A DNA stretch of 24,000 nucleotides. It comes from Acidimicrobiia bacterium (lineage in GTDB: Bacteria; Actinomycetota; Acidimicrobiia; Acidimicrobiales; JANYDT01). Location of the stretch: assembly GCA_043718695.1 (NCBI GenBank), contig JAYSVF010000080.1, positions 1-24,000 on the forward strand, read 5' to 3'. Below are positions 22,404 to 24,000 of the stretch, piece after piece. The position numbers were made by a program, and so were the translations under genes. Within the stretch, counting starts at the first letter, position 1. Every line of letters starts with the position of its first letter. The notes below the pieces were generated by a model. That model ran no database searches, was not told the DNA's origin, and saw only the letters and a list, made by a program, of their open reading frames with translations.

Positions 22404-23984
22404 CTAGCCGACCATGCGAGATTGGCCAGCCCAGAACGGGGCGCGGAGTTCGCGCTTCAAGATCTTGCCCGATCCAGTGCGTGGAATTTCGTCCATGAAC
22501 GTGATTGATCGTGGCACTTTGTAGCTGGTGAGATGTTCGCGTCCATAGGCGATCACCGCAGCCTCGTCGAGTTCCACACCAGGTTGCTTCACGATCACGG
22601 CATGAACGGCTTCTCCCCATTCCTCCGATGGAATCCCAAACACGGCGACGTCAAGAACCCCGGGATGCATTTCCAGCGACGCTTCGATTTCCGCGGGATA
22701 AATATTTACTCCCCCGCTAATGATCATGTCCTTTTTGCGATCACAGATGTAGAAGTACCCCTCGTTGTCACGATAGGCGATGTCACCAACGGTGTGGTAG
22801 CCGCCAAGCCGTTCATCCTCTGCGTACTTAGCTTCGGCGTTGTGATAGGTCTCAAACATTCCTGCAGAACGCACGCACAACTCACCGGTGTGCTCCGGCC
22901 CGACTCCATCCACCACATTGCCGTCGTCGTCGAGCAACACAATCTCCACACCAGGCGCAGCCTGTCCACACGAGCCAGGTTTGCGGCGCTGATCTTCCGG
23001 CTGAAGAATGCAGTTCACGCCCATCTCTGTTGATCCGTACACCTCGAACAGCGAATCCTCAGGAAAGTCAGCCAGATACTTTTCCTTGAGCGCCATCGAC
23101 CATGGTGCCGCGTTGGCGACCATGAGTTTCATCGACGAGGTGTCATAGCGCGCCTTCACTTCAGCGGGAAGACTGCAGATGATCCGAATTGGTGCTGGTG
23201 CAGCGAAGGTCGAATTCACCTTGTACGTATCGACGAGGCGCATCCAGTCTTCGGCATCAAATTTGTGTTGCACCACCGTGGTGTTTCCCAACAGTGCACC
23301 AATGCTCATAAATCCGCTCGGACCAGAGTGATACAGAGGACCGGTAGTGAGGTACACGTACTCTCCCTTCCACCGATACGTGGCCACCGATGCGGCGAGT
23401 TGCTCAGGCGTACCACGCCCGCGCCGCACCGCACCTTTTGGTTTGCCTGTGGTACCGGACGTGTAAATGACGGTGGCCGCATCGTTGGCGACAGGTTCTG
23501 CTGGGGCTTGTGTGCTTGCGGAGCCCAGAAGTGCATCCGCATCGAGCATGCCGTTCGGGACCACAATTTGGTGAAGGGCTGCGTCGTAGACAAGTACATG
23601 GGTAACTTTTGGGAGATCGTGTTTGATCTGCGCGATGAGATCCGCATAGGGAGCATCAACCCACACCACCGTTGCATCGCAGTTATCGATGACGTAGGTA
23701 GCTTCCTCGGCCGTGAGTCGGTAGTTGAGAAAGGTGTTCGTGACACCAATCTTGCGAGCGGCGTGCAGCATCTGGAGCCAACTCGCCGAGTTTTGCCCGC
23801 ATGACACCACGCGACTGCCGCTCGACAACCCGAGTTCAAGGAGCACGTTGGCTAACGCGTTGGACTTTTCATCGAGTTGTTTCCAACTCCAAACGACGGG
23901 GGTTTGGCCGGGGCGATCGTCGATGATTGCGGGTCGCTCGGCGAGGGAGGGATTCTGGGCATGAAGCGTCACGAAGTCGGCCAT
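22404..23984 (-). CDS. AMP-dependent acyl-CoA synthetase/ligase (FadD-like)
   Basis: AMP-binding motif IYTSGTTGKPKGA, plus GYHTVGDIAYRDNEGYFYICDRKKDMIISGGVNIYP and TGSGKILKRELR. Confidence 0.9.
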   Translation of the reverse strand: MADFVTLHAQNPSLAERPAIIDDRPGQTPVVWSWKQLDEKSNALANVLLELGLSSGSRVVSCGQNSASWLQMLHAARKIGVTNTFLNYRLTAEEATYVIDNCDATVVWVDAPYADLIAQIKHDLPKVTHVLVYDAALHQIVVPNGMLDADALLGSASTQAPAEPVANDAATVIYTSGTTGKPKGAVRRGRGTPEQLAASVATYRWKGEYVYLTTGPLYHSGPSGFMSIGALLGNTTVVQHKFDAEDWMRLVDTYKVNSTFAAPAPIRIICSLPAEVKARYDTSSMKLMVANAAPWSMALKEKYLADFPEDSLFEVYGSTEMGVNCILQPEDQRRKPGSCGQAAPGVEIVLLDDDGNVVDGVGPEHTGELCVRSAGMFETYHNAEAKYAEDERLGGYHTVGDIAYRDNEGYFYICDRKKDMIISGGVNIYPAEIEASLEMHPGVLDVAVFGIPSEEWGEAVHAVIVKQPGVELDEAAVIAYGREHLTSYKVPRSITFMDEIPRTGSGKILKRELRAPFWAGQSRMVG

Positions 23985-24000
23985 CGCGGAATCTTCACAG

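Noticed and set aside
1-24000. Mobile elements, CRISPR arrays, defence systems, prophage or integrase genes
   Set aside because: No transposase, integrase or Cas-like ORFs, no arrays of regularly spaced repeats, and no terminal inverted repeats were seen on either strand.

Overview
GC-rich bacterial chromosomal window with an Actinomycetota-like gene repertoire (tentative, judged from protein families only). Nearly all of it is coding. Left to right: (i) The 5' part of a [NiFe]-hydrogenase small-subunit gene runs off the left edge on the minus strand; it is absent from the ORF track and was translated by hand. (ii) Divergent from it is a long plus-strand operon (678-7125, possibly to 7440) with stop/start overlaps at most junctions. 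It encodes three small single-pass membrane proteins, a winged-helix protein with a Cys/His-rich tail, a PadR regulator, a CooC-type Ni-insertion ATPase, HypC, a degenerate-SIS/HypC-like fusion, a canonical SIS (GmhA-like) protein, HypD and HypE. No hypA, hypB, hypF or endopeptidase lies in the window. (iii) A convergent peptide/nickel-family ABC importer (binding protein plus two permeases) has no ATPase genes. (iv) Three exported proteins follow (the binding protein, a CAP-domain protein, and a Tat-signal dienelactone hydrolase), all with Thr/Pro-rich linkers. (v) A 517-bp non-coding region contains strong hairpins, followed by a two-gene cassette of unknown function (secreted protein plus His-rich membrane protein). 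(vi) A minus-strand block encodes an acyl-CoA synthetase, two CMD/AhpD-family paralogues, two-subunit 2-oxoacid:ferredoxin oxidoreductase (KorAB type) and a molybdopterin oxidoreductase. The most notable observation is that the second CMD paralogue has an in-frame TGA at the second Cys of the family's CxxC redox motif. The frame stays open for 104 more family-like codons and a hairpin starts 4 nt after the TGA, so this is a candidate selenoprotein (CGLU) rather than a simple pseudogene. The second is the non-canonical content of the hydrogenase accessory operon: the membrane-protein trio, two embedded regulators, CooC where HypB is expected, and the SIS/HypC-like fusion. No rRNA, tRNA, CRISPR array or mobile element was recognised.
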